From: an uncultured Chloroflexia bacterium
GTDB taxonomy: Bacteria > Chloroflexota > Limnocylindria > Limnocylindrales > CSP1-4
Assembly: GCA_963707215.1 (NCBI GenBank)
Contig: CAVPPB010000001.1
Location: 256,001 to 320,000 of the forward strand
DNA: 64,000 nucleotides
Reading direction: 5' to 3'
Shown here: piece after piece, positions 40,329-48,832 of the stretch
Layout: the number at the start of each line of letters is the position of its first letter
Numbering within the stretch: the stretch's first letter is position 1
Notes under the pieces: generated by a model
Database searches by the model: none
What the model was told of the DNA's origin: nothing
The model's input: the letters and a program-made list of their open reading frames with translations, nothing else
Translations under genes and position numbers: made by a program

Positions 40329-41423
40329 ATGACGATGACGCGGGTCGAAAGCCCGCTCCTGCGGATGACGCAGGAGACGCCGACCCAGTACTGGAACGAC
40401 TCATGCGCGGTCGCCGAGCTCGAGTACGCCGTCGAACGGGGGGCCACCGGCGCGACCTCGAACCCGAGCATCGTGCTCGAGGTGCTCAAGAAGGAGAAGG
40501 CGCACTGGGTCCCGCGGGTCCACGAGCTGGCCGCGCTGAACCCCACCTGGAGCGAGGTGGAGCTGACCTGGGCGATCATCGAGGAGATGGCGGCACGGGG
40601 GGCCGGCATCCTCTACCCCGTCTTCGAGCGCAACGGCGGACGGAACGGCCGGCTCTCGGTCCAGATCAACCCGGCCAACCACCGCGACCCCGTGCGGATG
40701 GTCGAGCAGGCTGTGCGCTTCGACGGCCTGGCCCCGAACATCCAGGTCAAGTTCCCGGCGACGGCCGCCGGCATCGAGGGAATCGAGGAAGCGACCTTCC
40801 GCGGAGTCAACATCAATTCGACGGTCAGCTTCACCGTCGCCCAGGCGGTCACGTCGGCGGAGGCCGTGGAGCGCGGCCTGGCCCGCCGCGAGGCGGCCGG
40901 CCTCGACGTCTCGGCGATGAGCCCGATCTGCACGATGATGATCGGCCGGCTCGACGACTGGATGAAGGTGCTGGTGGAGCGCGACGACGTCGCCCTCCAC
41001 CCCGATGCGGCCAGCTGGGCCGGCATCGCCGCCTTCAAGCGGGCCTACGCGATCTTCCAGGAGCGCGGCTATCGCTCGCGGCTGCTGGCCGCGGCCTACC
41101 GCCATCGGCTCCATTGGACCGAGCTGGTCGGCGGGGACGTCAGCATGACGATGCCGTACCCCTGGCAGGTCCGCTTCAACGCCAGTGGCATCGTCCCGGA
41201 GCCGCGGATGGACGTGCCGGTCGACCCGGCCCTCATCGACGAGCTGCTCGCGCGGATCCCCGACTTCCGCCGAGCCTACGAGCCGGACGGCCTGGCGCCG
41301 GCGGAGTTCGAGTCGTTCGGGGCCAGCGCCCGGACGCTCCGGACCTTCGTCGCGTCGTACCACGACCTGCAGGCCGCCATCCGCGACCTCGTCCTGCCGA
41401 ATCCCGACACTCGGGTAGGCTGA
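40329..41423 (+). CDS. Transaldolase-family protein
   Basis: WNDS, GATSNPSI, Schiff-base Lys in QVKFPAT, NINSTVSFT, IGRLDD. Confidence 0.87.
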   Translation: MTMTRVESPLLRMTQETPTQYWNDSCAVAELEYAVERGATGATSNPSIVLEVLKKEKAHWVPRVHELAALNPTWSEVELTWAIIEEMAARGAGILYPVFERNGGRNGRLSVQINPANHRDPVRMVEQAVRFDGLAPNIQVKFPATAAGIEGIEEATFRGVNINSTVSFTVAQAVTSAEAVERGLARREAAGLDVSAMSPICTMMIGRLDDWMKVLVERDDVALHPDAASWAGIAAFKRAYAIFQERGYRSRLLAAAYRHRLHWTELVGGDVSMTMPYPWQVRFNASGIVPEPRMDVPVDPALIDELLARIPDFRRAYEPDGLAPAEFESFGASARTLRTFVASYHDLQAAIRDLVLPNPDTRVG

Positions 41424-41463
41424 CGGACGACACCGAGCGCCACAGCCCGAGGAGGCATCACCC

Positions 41464-42990
41464 GTGACCACCGAGACCAGGCAGACGGCGACGCTGCCGA
41501 TCCTGAGCCACTGGATCGACGGACGACCCGTCGAGGTCCTGCCGGACAGAACCGGGCCGATCTACAACCCCGCTACCGGCGAGGTGATCGCCCGGGTGCC
41601 GCGGGGCGGCAGCACGGAGGTGGACGCCGCGGTCGCGGCGGCCACGGCCGCCTTCCCGGCTTGGCGCGACACGCCGCTCATCGCCCGGAGCCAGATCTTC
41701 TTCGCCTTCCGCGAGCTGCTGTTCAAGCACCGCGAGGAGCTGGCCGCGCTGATCACCCGGGACCACGGCAAGACCTATCCGGACGCGTTCGCCGAGGTCT
41801 CGCGCGGCATGGAGACCGTCGAGTTCGCCTGCGGCCTGCCGGTCCACCTGGCCGGCATGAACACGCCGAACGTGTCGACGAGCGTCGATGCCTTCACCCT
41901 CCGCCAGCCGCTCGGCGTGGCCGCTGGCATCACGCCCTTCAACTTCCCGGCGATGGTCCCCATGTGGATCTACCCGATCGCCATCGCCTGCGGCAACACG
42001 TTCATCTGGAAGCCGTCGTCGCACACGCCCGGCGCCACCCAGCTCCAGGCCGAGCTGTGGAAGGAAGCCGGCCTGCCGGACGGGGTCTTCAACGTCGTCT
42101 ACGGTGGCCGCGAGGCCGTCCAGGCCATCGTCGAGCACCCCGGCATCGACGCCATCCAGTTCGTCGGCTCGACGCCGGTGGGCCGCTACGTCTACGAGAC
42201 CGGGACGAAGCTCGGGAAGCGGGTCGGCGCCTTCACGTCGGCCAAGAACGCGATGATCGTCCTGCCCGATGCCGACATGGAGCTGACCGCGGACAGCGCC
42301 GTCGCCTCCGGCTACGGCTCCGCCGGGGAGCGCTGCATGGCCCAGACCCTGGTCATCGCGGTCGGTGATACGGCCGAGCGCTTGCGCCCGCTCATGGAGG
42401 AGCGGATCGCCAACCTCAAGATCGGCCCCGGGATGGAGCCCGGCGTCGACATGGGGCCGATCTACTCCAAGGAGCACCGAGAGTCGATCCTCGAGTGGAT
42501 CGACGTCGGCATCGGCGAGGGGGCCGAGCTCGTGGTGGACGGCCGGCCGTTCCACCATCCCGAGCAGCCCGACGGCTACTTCCTCGGCGTCTCCCTCTTC
42601 GACAACGTCACCCCGGACATGAAGATCTACCAGGAGGAGATCTTCGGGCCGGTCCTCGGTATGGTCCATGCGGCGACGTTCGACGAGGCGCTCGGGCTCA
42701 TCAACGCCCACAAGTACGCCAACGGCACCGCCATCTTCACGACCGACGGCGGCGCGGCTCGACGCTTCAAGCTCGAGGTCGACGTGCCGATGATCGGCGT
42801 CAACGTGCCGATCCCGGTGCCGGCCGGCTATCTCTCCTTCAGTGGCGCCAAGGAGTCGGCCCTGGGCGACCTGGCGATGCGCGGCGAGGACGGCATCCGC
42901 TTCTTCACCAAGCAGAAGGAGGTCACCGAGCGCTGGCCGGAGCCCGGCCGGCGACCAGGCCTCAGCCTCGTCTTCCCCAGCAACAGCTAG
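41464..42990 (+). CDS. mmsA: CoA-acylating (methyl)malonate-semialdehyde dehydrogenase
   Basis: ITPFNFPAMVPMW, FVGSTPVG, AKN, SAGERCMA, EEIFGPVL, IGVNVPIPVP. Confidence 0.88.
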   Translation: MTTETRQTATLPILSHWIDGRPVEVLPDRTGPIYNPATGEVIARVPRGGSTEVDAAVAAATAAFPAWRDTPLIARSQIFFAFRELLFKHREELAALITRDHGKTYPDAFAEVSRGMETVEFACGLPVHLAGMNTPNVSTSVDAFTLRQPLGVAAGITPFNFPAMVPMWIYPIAIACGNTFIWKPSSHTPGATQLQAELWKEAGLPDGVFNVVYGGREAVQAIVEHPGIDAIQFVGSTPVGRYVYETGTKLGKRVGAFTSAKNAMIVLPDADMELTADSAVASGYGSAGERCMAQTLVIAVGDTAERLRPLMEERIANLKIGPGMEPGVDMGPIYSKEHRESILEWIDVGIGEGAELVVDGRPFHHPEQPDGYFLGVSLFDNVTPDMKIYQEEIFGPVLGMVHAATFDEALGLINAHKYANGTAIFTTDGGAARRFKLEVDVPMIGVNVPIPVPAGYLSFSGAKESALGDLAMRGEDGIRFFTKQKEVTERWPEPGRRPGLSLVFPSNS

Positions 42991-43107
42991 CCACCTGAAC
43001 GCTCCTACGTCCCCGCACGGCCCGGGAGCCTCCCCCCAGCTCCCGGGCACGGCGGGGCTTCGCCGTCCAGCTGCCTCGGGCCGCCGGCGGCCCGAGGAGG
43101 GCGCTTC

Positions 43108-44019
43108 ATGACCGACGCTGATCGGCTGCGCCAGGTCCTCGGGCCTCGCGGCATCTGGGTGAACCTCGACACGATCCCGGCCGCCGAGGCCGTCGCCTTC
43201 GCTCGCCTCGTCGAGGACCTCGGCTTCGGGGCCCTCTGGGTCAACGAGTCCACCGGCCGCGAGCCGTTCGCCTTCCTCGGGGCGCTGGCCCAGGAGACGT
43301 CACGGTTGACCCTTGGCGTGGGGATCGCGGCCACGCACGCTCGCGACGCGGTCGCTGCCCACAGCGGCGCGCGGACCGTCGCCGAACTGTCCGGCGGCCG
43401 GTTCGTCATGGGACTCGGGGTGTCGCATCGCTCCTCGGCCGGCCGTCGTGGCCACGGGTACGGGCCGCCACTGCCGGCCATGACCGCCTACCTCGACGCC
43501 TACGACGAGGCGCCATGGACCGGACCGGCGGTCGACGAGCCGCCGCTCGTGGTGGCCGCGCTCGGTGACCGGATGCTGGACCTGGCGGCGACCCGTGCCG
43601 ACGGCGCCTTCCCGTTCCTGGTGACCCGGGACCGGGTCGCCCACGCGCGCCGGGTGCTCGACACTGCCGCGGCGGCCGCCGGACGCGCGGATCGCCCGGT
43701 CCTGGTCGTGTCACAGAAGGCGATCCTCGGCTCCGGTTCCGCCGTCCAGGAGACCGCTCGCGCGACCGTGGCCCGGTACCTGGCCCAACCCGCCTACCGC
43801 AACAACCTCATCCGCGGTGGCTTCAGCGAAGCGGACATCGACGTGGTCGCCGATCACGTGGTGCAAGCACTCGTCGCCACTGGCGGGCCCGAGGACCTGC
43901 GAGCGCGGGTCGCGACGATGCACGATGCCGGGGCCGACCACGTCGCGGTCATCCCCTTTTCGGTCGAGGGCCGACCGGCCGACCCGGCAACGACCAGGGC
44001 GGTCGCGCCCACGTCGTGA
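43108..44019 (+). CDS. LLM-class F420-dependent oxidoreductase
   Basis: GGRFVMGLGVSH, AALGDRML, AGADHV. Confidence 0.85.
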   Translation: MTDADRLRQVLGPRGIWVNLDTIPAAEAVAFARLVEDLGFGALWVNESTGREPFAFLGALAQETSRLTLGVGIAATHARDAVAAHSGARTVAELSGGRFVMGLGVSHRSSAGRRGHGYGPPLPAMTAYLDAYDEAPWTGPAVDEPPLVVAALGDRMLDLAATRADGAFPFLVTRDRVAHARRVLDTAAAAAGRADRPVLVVSQKAILGSGSAVQETARATVARYLAQPAYRNNLIRGGFSEADIDVVADHVVQALVATGGPEDLRARVATMHDAGADHVAVIPFSVEGRPADPATTRAVAPTS

Positions 44020-44089
44020 CCCGACGACCGCGGTGTCCGGCCGGGCGACACGACGACGAGCAGATGTCGTTCCCGGCCCTCCCCGGCCG

Positions 44090-44129
44090 TTGACCGCCAC
44101 CCGGCCTCGCCGTATCCTCGATAATCGAT
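44090..44129 (+). promoter_or_regulatory. Promoter TTGACC-N17-TATCCT with operator copy 4
   Basis: -35 at 44090-44095, -10 at 44113-44118, operator at 44118-44129. Confidence 0.8.
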
Positions 44130-44205
44130 TGTCCAGGATCGTCCCACGGTTCGACGGCCCGGCACCCCAGGGTCCCGGCGAGCTCGGTCCAGTCGAGGTG
44201 CACCG

Positions 44206-44574
44206 ATGATCAAGCGCGTGGCGCGTTCGGACGCGGATGTCGTGCCGCTCCCCGGAAGGGACTGGCACACCTACATCGGCCCGCAGAACACCCCGACCGA
44301 GCGCGTCTCGCTCGGCGTGTCCGTCTTCCCGCCGGGCTCGCGGCCCGAGGGCCACGTCCACGACACCCAGGAGGAGACGATCTACTGCGCCGCCGGGCGC
44401 GGCCGGATCGTCACCCCCGACGCCGTCGCCGAGGTCGAGGCCGGCGTCACGGTCTGGGTCCCCCCGGGCACCTTCCACGCCACCGAGTCCGACGGCCCGG
44501 AGCCCCTCGAGCTGGTCTGCTTCTTCTCGCCGCCGGTCGTGCCCGGGTCGTACGAGAAGGGGGCCGGCTCGTGA
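44206..44574 (+). CDS. Cupin domain protein
   Basis: HVHDTQEETIY and VPPGTFH metal-binding motifs. Confidence 0.88.
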   Translation: MIKRVARSDADVVPLPGRDWHTYIGPQNTPTERVSLGVSVFPPGSRPEGHVHDTQEETIYCAAGRGRIVTPDAVAEVEAGVTVWVPPGTFHATESDGPEPLELVCFFSPPVVPGSYEKGAGS

Positions 44575-45470
44575 GCGACTCCCCCACCCCGGCCGCGGTG
44601 CTCGACCCCTCGGAGCTGGCCGCCCTCGAGGAGACGGCCCGACGCATCCGGGTCCAGATCGTGCGGACCGTCGACCACGCCAAGGGCGGCCACCTCGGTG
44701 GGCCGCTCTCGGCTGCCGACATCCTGGCCGCCCTCTACTTCCGGATCATGCGCGTGCGACCCGAGGAGCCGACCTGGCCCGACCGCGATCGGCTGATCCT
44801 GTCGAAGGGTCACTCGTCGATCGGCCTCTACGCGGCGATGGCCCTGCGCGGCTACCTCCCGCTGGAGGAGCTGGCCACCTTCGACGCCGTCCACTCCCGG
44901 CTGCAGGGGCATCCCGACATGAACCTCCTGCCGGGGCTCGACATGTCCACCGGGTCGCTGGGCATGGGCATATCGGCCGGCGTCGGGATGGCGCTCGGCG
45001 CGCGACTCACCGGCCGGGATTGCCGGACCTTCGTCATCCTCGGGGACGGCGAGTGCCAGGAGGGCGAGGTCTGGGAGGCCGCGATGGTCGGCTCGCGCTA
45101 CGGCCTCGACAACCTCATCGCCATCGTCGACCACAACAAGCTCCAGCAGTACGGCTGGCCGGGCGCATCGGCCGAGCACCGCCGTCCACCCGAGGAGCCC
45201 GGCGAGCTGGTCGCCAAGTGGTCAGCCTTCGGCTGGCGGGTCCTCGAGACGGACGGCCATGACATGACGGCGGTCGTCCGGACGCTCGAGTCGGCGACGG
45301 TCCCGGATGGACGCCCGGTCGCCGTCGTCGCCCATACGATCAAAGGCCGGGGGGTCTCCTTCATGGAGGATCGCTACTACTGGCACACCCGGATCCTCAA
45401 GCCGGAGGAGTTCGAGCAGGCGATGGCCGAGCTCGGCGAGCCGGCCGCTCCTGAAGGAGACCGGCGATGA
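44571..45470 (+). CDS. Transketolase N-terminal subunit (split TK)
   Basis: GHLGGPLS, SKGH, LQGHP, GSLGMG, GDGECQEG. Confidence 0.92.
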   Translation: MSDSPTPAAVLDPSELAALEETARRIRVQIVRTVDHAKGGHLGGPLSAADILAALYFRIMRVRPEEPTWPDRDRLILSKGHSSIGLYAAMALRGYLPLEELATFDAVHSRLQGHPDMNLLPGLDMSTGSLGMGISAGVGMALGARLTGRDCRTFVILGDGECQEGEVWEAAMVGSRYGLDNLIAIVDHNKLQQYGWPGASAEHRRPPEEPGELVAKWSAFGWRVLETDGHDMTAVVRTLESATVPDGRPVAVVAHTIKGRGVSFMEDRYYWHTRILKPEEFEQAMAELGEPAAPEGDRR

Positions 45471-46411
45471 CACTTCCGATGGGCCGGGCCATGCGCGAGG
45501 TCTTCGGCGAGACCGTCGCCGCCATGGCCGACGACGACCCGCGGATCGTCATGCTCGACGGCGACCTGGGCAGCTCGACGAAGGGCGACATGTTCGAGCG
45601 CGCCCACCCCGAGCGCTTCCTGCCGATGGGCATCGCCGAGCAGAACATGCTCGGCGTCGCAGCCGGACTGGCCACGATGGGCCTCATCCCCTACATCAGC
45701 ACGTTCGTGTCGTTCGCCCTGATCCGGCCGCTCGACCAGATCCGGGTCCTCATCGCCCAGACCGGGCTGCCCGTCAAGATCACCGCCGGCTACGCTGGGC
45801 TGTTCACCGGGATGGCCGGCAAGACCCACCAGATCGTCGACGACATCTCGATCGCCCGGGCGATGCCGGGCATCGTCGTCGTCTCGCCGGCCGACGACGT
45901 GGAGGCGGCCCAGGTGCTCCGCTGGAGCGCCGAGCATCCCGGACCGGTCTACATCCGGCTCGTCCGCGACGCGACCCAGCGCCTGTTCGACGAGTCGTAC
46001 CGGTTCACGTTCGGCGAGGCCGTCGTGGTCCGCCCCGGAAGCGACGTCACGCTCATCAGCACGGGAGCCCAGACGCCGCGAGTCGTGGATGCCGCGGATA
46101 TCCTCGCGGCGAGCGGCATCGACGCCCATGTCGTCCACCTGCCGACGATCAAGCCGATCGACGTGGCGGGGGTCGTGGCTGCCGCGGACCTGACCGACCG
46201 GGTCGTGACCGTCGAGGAGCACACCGTCCTGGGCGGGCTCGGCGGGGCCGTCGCCGAGGTCCTCTCGGAGCATCGGCCGACCCGGGTCGCCCGGGTCGGG
46301 TTGCCGGACATCTACACCGAGTCGGGACCCAACGACGCCCTGCTCGACCTGTACGGCCTCTCCGCGGAACGGGTGGCCGACCAGGTCCGGCGGACGCTCG
46401 ACGCCGACTGA
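45467..46411 (+). CDS. Transketolase C-terminal subunit (split TK)
   Basis: GIAEQNM, GKTHQ, TIKPID, EEH..GGLG. Confidence 0.92.
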   Translation: MTLPMGRAMREVFGETVAAMADDDPRIVMLDGDLGSSTKGDMFERAHPERFLPMGIAEQNMLGVAAGLATMGLIPYISTFVSFALIRPLDQIRVLIAQTGLPVKITAGYAGLFTGMAGKTHQIVDDISIARAMPGIVVVSPADDVEAAQVLRWSAEHPGPVYIRLVRDATQRLFDESYRFTFGEAVVVRPGSDVTLISTGAQTPRVVDAADILAASGIDAHVVHLPTIKPIDVAGVVAAADLTDRVVTVEEHTVLGGLGGAVAEVLSEHRPTRVARVGLPDIYTESGPNDALLDLYGLSAERVADQVRRTLDAD

Positions 46412-46469
46412 GTGGCCACCGAGCCCAAGGCGGTCGCCACAGCGAACGAGCGGCCCGCGAGGGAGCCGG

Positions 46470-47189
46470 TCAGTCCTCCGTCGTGGACCCGGCTCCGGCT
46501 GCCCGGGTCCCGGCCATCGCCGGACCCTCGGTCTCTCGGGCCCATCCGCGGTCGAGCTTCGCGGCCGCATCGACGAAGTGGCGCCGGAGCACCCGGTCGA
46601 GGAGCTCGGGGTCGCGGCGACGGATCGCATCGAGGATCGGCTCATGGAGATCGGCGATCTCGACGGGATCGACGCCAGGCACGAGCAGCGTGATGTACGT
46701 CCGAGAGAACGGTTCGAGGGCCTGCCAGACACGGACCAGGGTTGCATTCCCGGACATCGCCAGGATGGCGCCGTGGAAGGCCGCGTCGTTGAGCGCGAGC
46801 TCGTGACGATCCTTGGCCCGGGCCGCCCGATGCATCGCCTCGAGACGCCCGGCCAACGCGCTGACGTCGTCCTCATCGATCCGCTCGACCGCGAGCTTGG
46901 CGCCGTACGATTCCAGTTCGGCCCGGACCGTGAAGGCCTCCAGCAGCTCATCCGTCGTGGGTCGGCGGACCCGGGCGCCACGGAACGGCTCGATCTCGAC
47001 GACCCCGGTGGCTTCGAGCCCGCGGAGCGCCTCCCGGACCGGTGCCTGGCTGACCCCGAGCTCCCGGGCCACGCGCGTTTCGATGATCCTCGAATCGGGC
47101 GGGTAACGGCCGGTGAGGATGTCCTGGAGCAGGCGGTCCTTGACCTGGTCTGCGAGGACGCTGCGGGCGATCATGCCGTCTCCGGCCAT
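46470..47189 (-). CDS. GntR-family regulator with FCD domain, paralog 2
   Basis: RSVLADQVKDRLL, SQAPVREALR, LEPFSRTYITL shared with paralog 1. Confidence 0.92.
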   Translation of the reverse strand: MAGDGMIARSVLADQVKDRLLQDILTGRYPPDSRIIETRVARELGVSQAPVREALRGLEATGVVEIEPFRGARVRRPTTDELLEAFTVRAELESYGAKLAVERIDEDDVSALAGRLEAMHRAARAKDRHELALNDAAFHGAILAMSGNATLVRVWQALEPFSRTYITLLVPGVDPVEIADLHEPILDAIRRRDPELLDRVLRRHFVDAAAKLDRGWARETEGPAMAGTRAAGAGSTTED

Positions 47190-47308
47190 CGGGTCACCTC
47201 TGGGACCTGGCGTGGTCTCGGCCCGACGCCTGCCACGCGATCGGTCGCGCGAACGTACCCGGCCTCGACATCCGGCCTGGCCCGAGTCTACCGCGTGCTG
47301 GTCGTCGC

Positions 47309-48178
47309 GTGATGCGGGCGATGGTCCAGGCCGACCTCATCCCGGTCATCGACGGCGACTGGGTCGTCTGGGCCTTCTCGGATCCCCACGGGGTGACCTC
47401 GGGGTTCGTCACCGCGCTCAGCGAAGCCGGGCTGATCGACGCTGAGCTCCGCTGGAGTGCCCCACCGCGGACCGCGCTCGTGGGCTGCGGGGACTACATC
47501 GACCGAGGGACGGACTCACCCGGCCTCGTGGCGCTGCTCCGGCGCCTCGAGGTCGAGGCCGCCGCCGGCGGCGGGCGGGCCGTCTTCGCCCGCGGCAATC
47601 ATGAGCAGACCCTGCTCCACATCGGGGCCGGCCACGACGAGCTGCTTGAGACCTGGCTGTTCTACGGGGGCCAGGCGACGCTCGATGCCTTCGGCTGCCC
47701 CGCGGCCGATCCACCAGATCCGGCTGCCTCGGTGCGGGCGATCGAGGCGGCCGCCCCGGGGATCCTCGGCTGGCTGGCTGCCATGCCCCAGGCGGTCCGC
47801 TGGCGGGACGTGCTCTTCGTCCACGGCGGGTTGCCGCCCTGGTCGGCGCCGGGCGAGCTCGGGCTCACGACCGAGGAGCACCTCATGATCCGGTCCGACT
47901 TCTTCGACACCCCCTGGTCCACCGAGGCCTTCCACCACTACGAGCGCGAGGGCATCGGCCGAGTCGTCTTCGGGCACACGCCCGGCCCCGACGGGCCGCG
48001 GATCCTCCAGGACGGTCGCCTCCTCTGTCTCGACTCGAACGCCGCTGGCAGTCCGCAGCTGCCAGCCGAGGCGAGGTCGATGATCAGCCTCGTCCGCCTG
48101 GACGGGCCGCTGCCCTTCGATCGCGCCGCGCTCGTCCTCGTCCCGACCCACGATGCTCCCGAGCGGGCACCGCGCTGA
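47309..48178 (+). CDS. Metallophosphoesterase (PPP Ser/Thr-phosphatase-like)
   Basis: SDPHG, GDYIDRG, RGNHE, FVHGG, FGHTP. Confidence 0.88.
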   Translation: MMRAMVQADLIPVIDGDWVVWAFSDPHGVTSGFVTALSEAGLIDAELRWSAPPRTALVGCGDYIDRGTDSPGLVALLRRLEVEAAAGGGRAVFARGNHEQTLLHIGAGHDELLETWLFYGGQATLDAFGCPAADPPDPAASVRAIEAAAPGILGWLAAMPQAVRWRDVLFVHGGLPPWSAPGELGLTTEEHLMIRSDFFDTPWSTEAFHHYEREGIGRVVFGHTPGPDGPRILQDGRLLCLDSNAAGSPQLPAEARSMISLVRLDGPLPFDRAALVLVPTHDAPERAPR

Positions 48179-48179
48179 T

Positions 48180-48695
48180 TCAGCCGGTCTCGGCCTCGAG
48201 GCGCTTGACCGCAGCCTCCCATGTCCCCGGGTCGGCCAGGGGCGCCAGGTCGGCGATCACCAGTTCGATCTGGGCCATGCAGCCGTCCCGCCAGCGGCCG
48301 CTCTCGATGAAGGCGTCGTGCTGGCCGGGCGCACGCAGGTCGATGCCGATCAGGTCGCGGCAGGCGACCGAGCCGTGGCGCTCGACGAAGCGGTCCATCG
48401 CCTCGGCCACGACCGCCCTGGCCACCCGTTTGGCCCGGCGATGATCGACCAGCCGGCGCTCGGCCAGGATGCCGACCGCGAGCGCTGCGCCGGAGATCGC
48501 GCCGCAGACACCGCCGCTGTAGGCGACGCCGCCGTTGAGGACCATGGCAGGGGCCGAGCTGGTGACCTCGTCCAGGCCGTACGACTCGGCCAGGGCCAGG
48601 TAGGCCGATTCCGCGCAGCCGTAGGCGCCGTCCGAGTCGAGGAAGAGGCGCCTGGCTCGGGCGACAGCGCTGGGATGCGGTCCGTCATCGGCCAT
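48180..48695 (-). CDS. C-GCAxxG-C-C family putative redox protein
   Basis: YGCAES, VCGAISG, VACRDL, GC pattern; start ATG 48695. Confidence 0.82.
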   Translation of the reverse strand: MADDGPHPSAVARARRLFLDSDGAYGCAESAYLALAESYGLDEVTSSAPAMVLNGGVAYSGGVCGAISGAALAVGILAERRLVDHRRAKRVARAVVAEAMDRFVERHGSVACRDLIGIDLRAPGQHDAFIESGRWRDGCMAQIELVIADLAPLADPGTWEAAVKRLEAETG

Positions 48696-48731
48696 CGAGG
48701 TCCTTCCCGCTCCCGGCCGGGGCACCGTTCG

Positions 48732-48771
48732 TTGACCAGTGCCCGACCCCTGCGTATATTCGATAATCGAT
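48732..48771 (+). promoter_or_regulatory. Promoter TTGACC-N17-TATATT with operator copy 5
   Basis: -35 at 48732-48737, -10 at 48755-48760, operator at 48760-48771. Confidence 0.8.
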
Positions 48772-48832
48772 GATACCGCCGGCGACACCGGCCATTCCCG
48801 GCCCGCGGTGGGCCCGACCCAAGGAGACCGAC

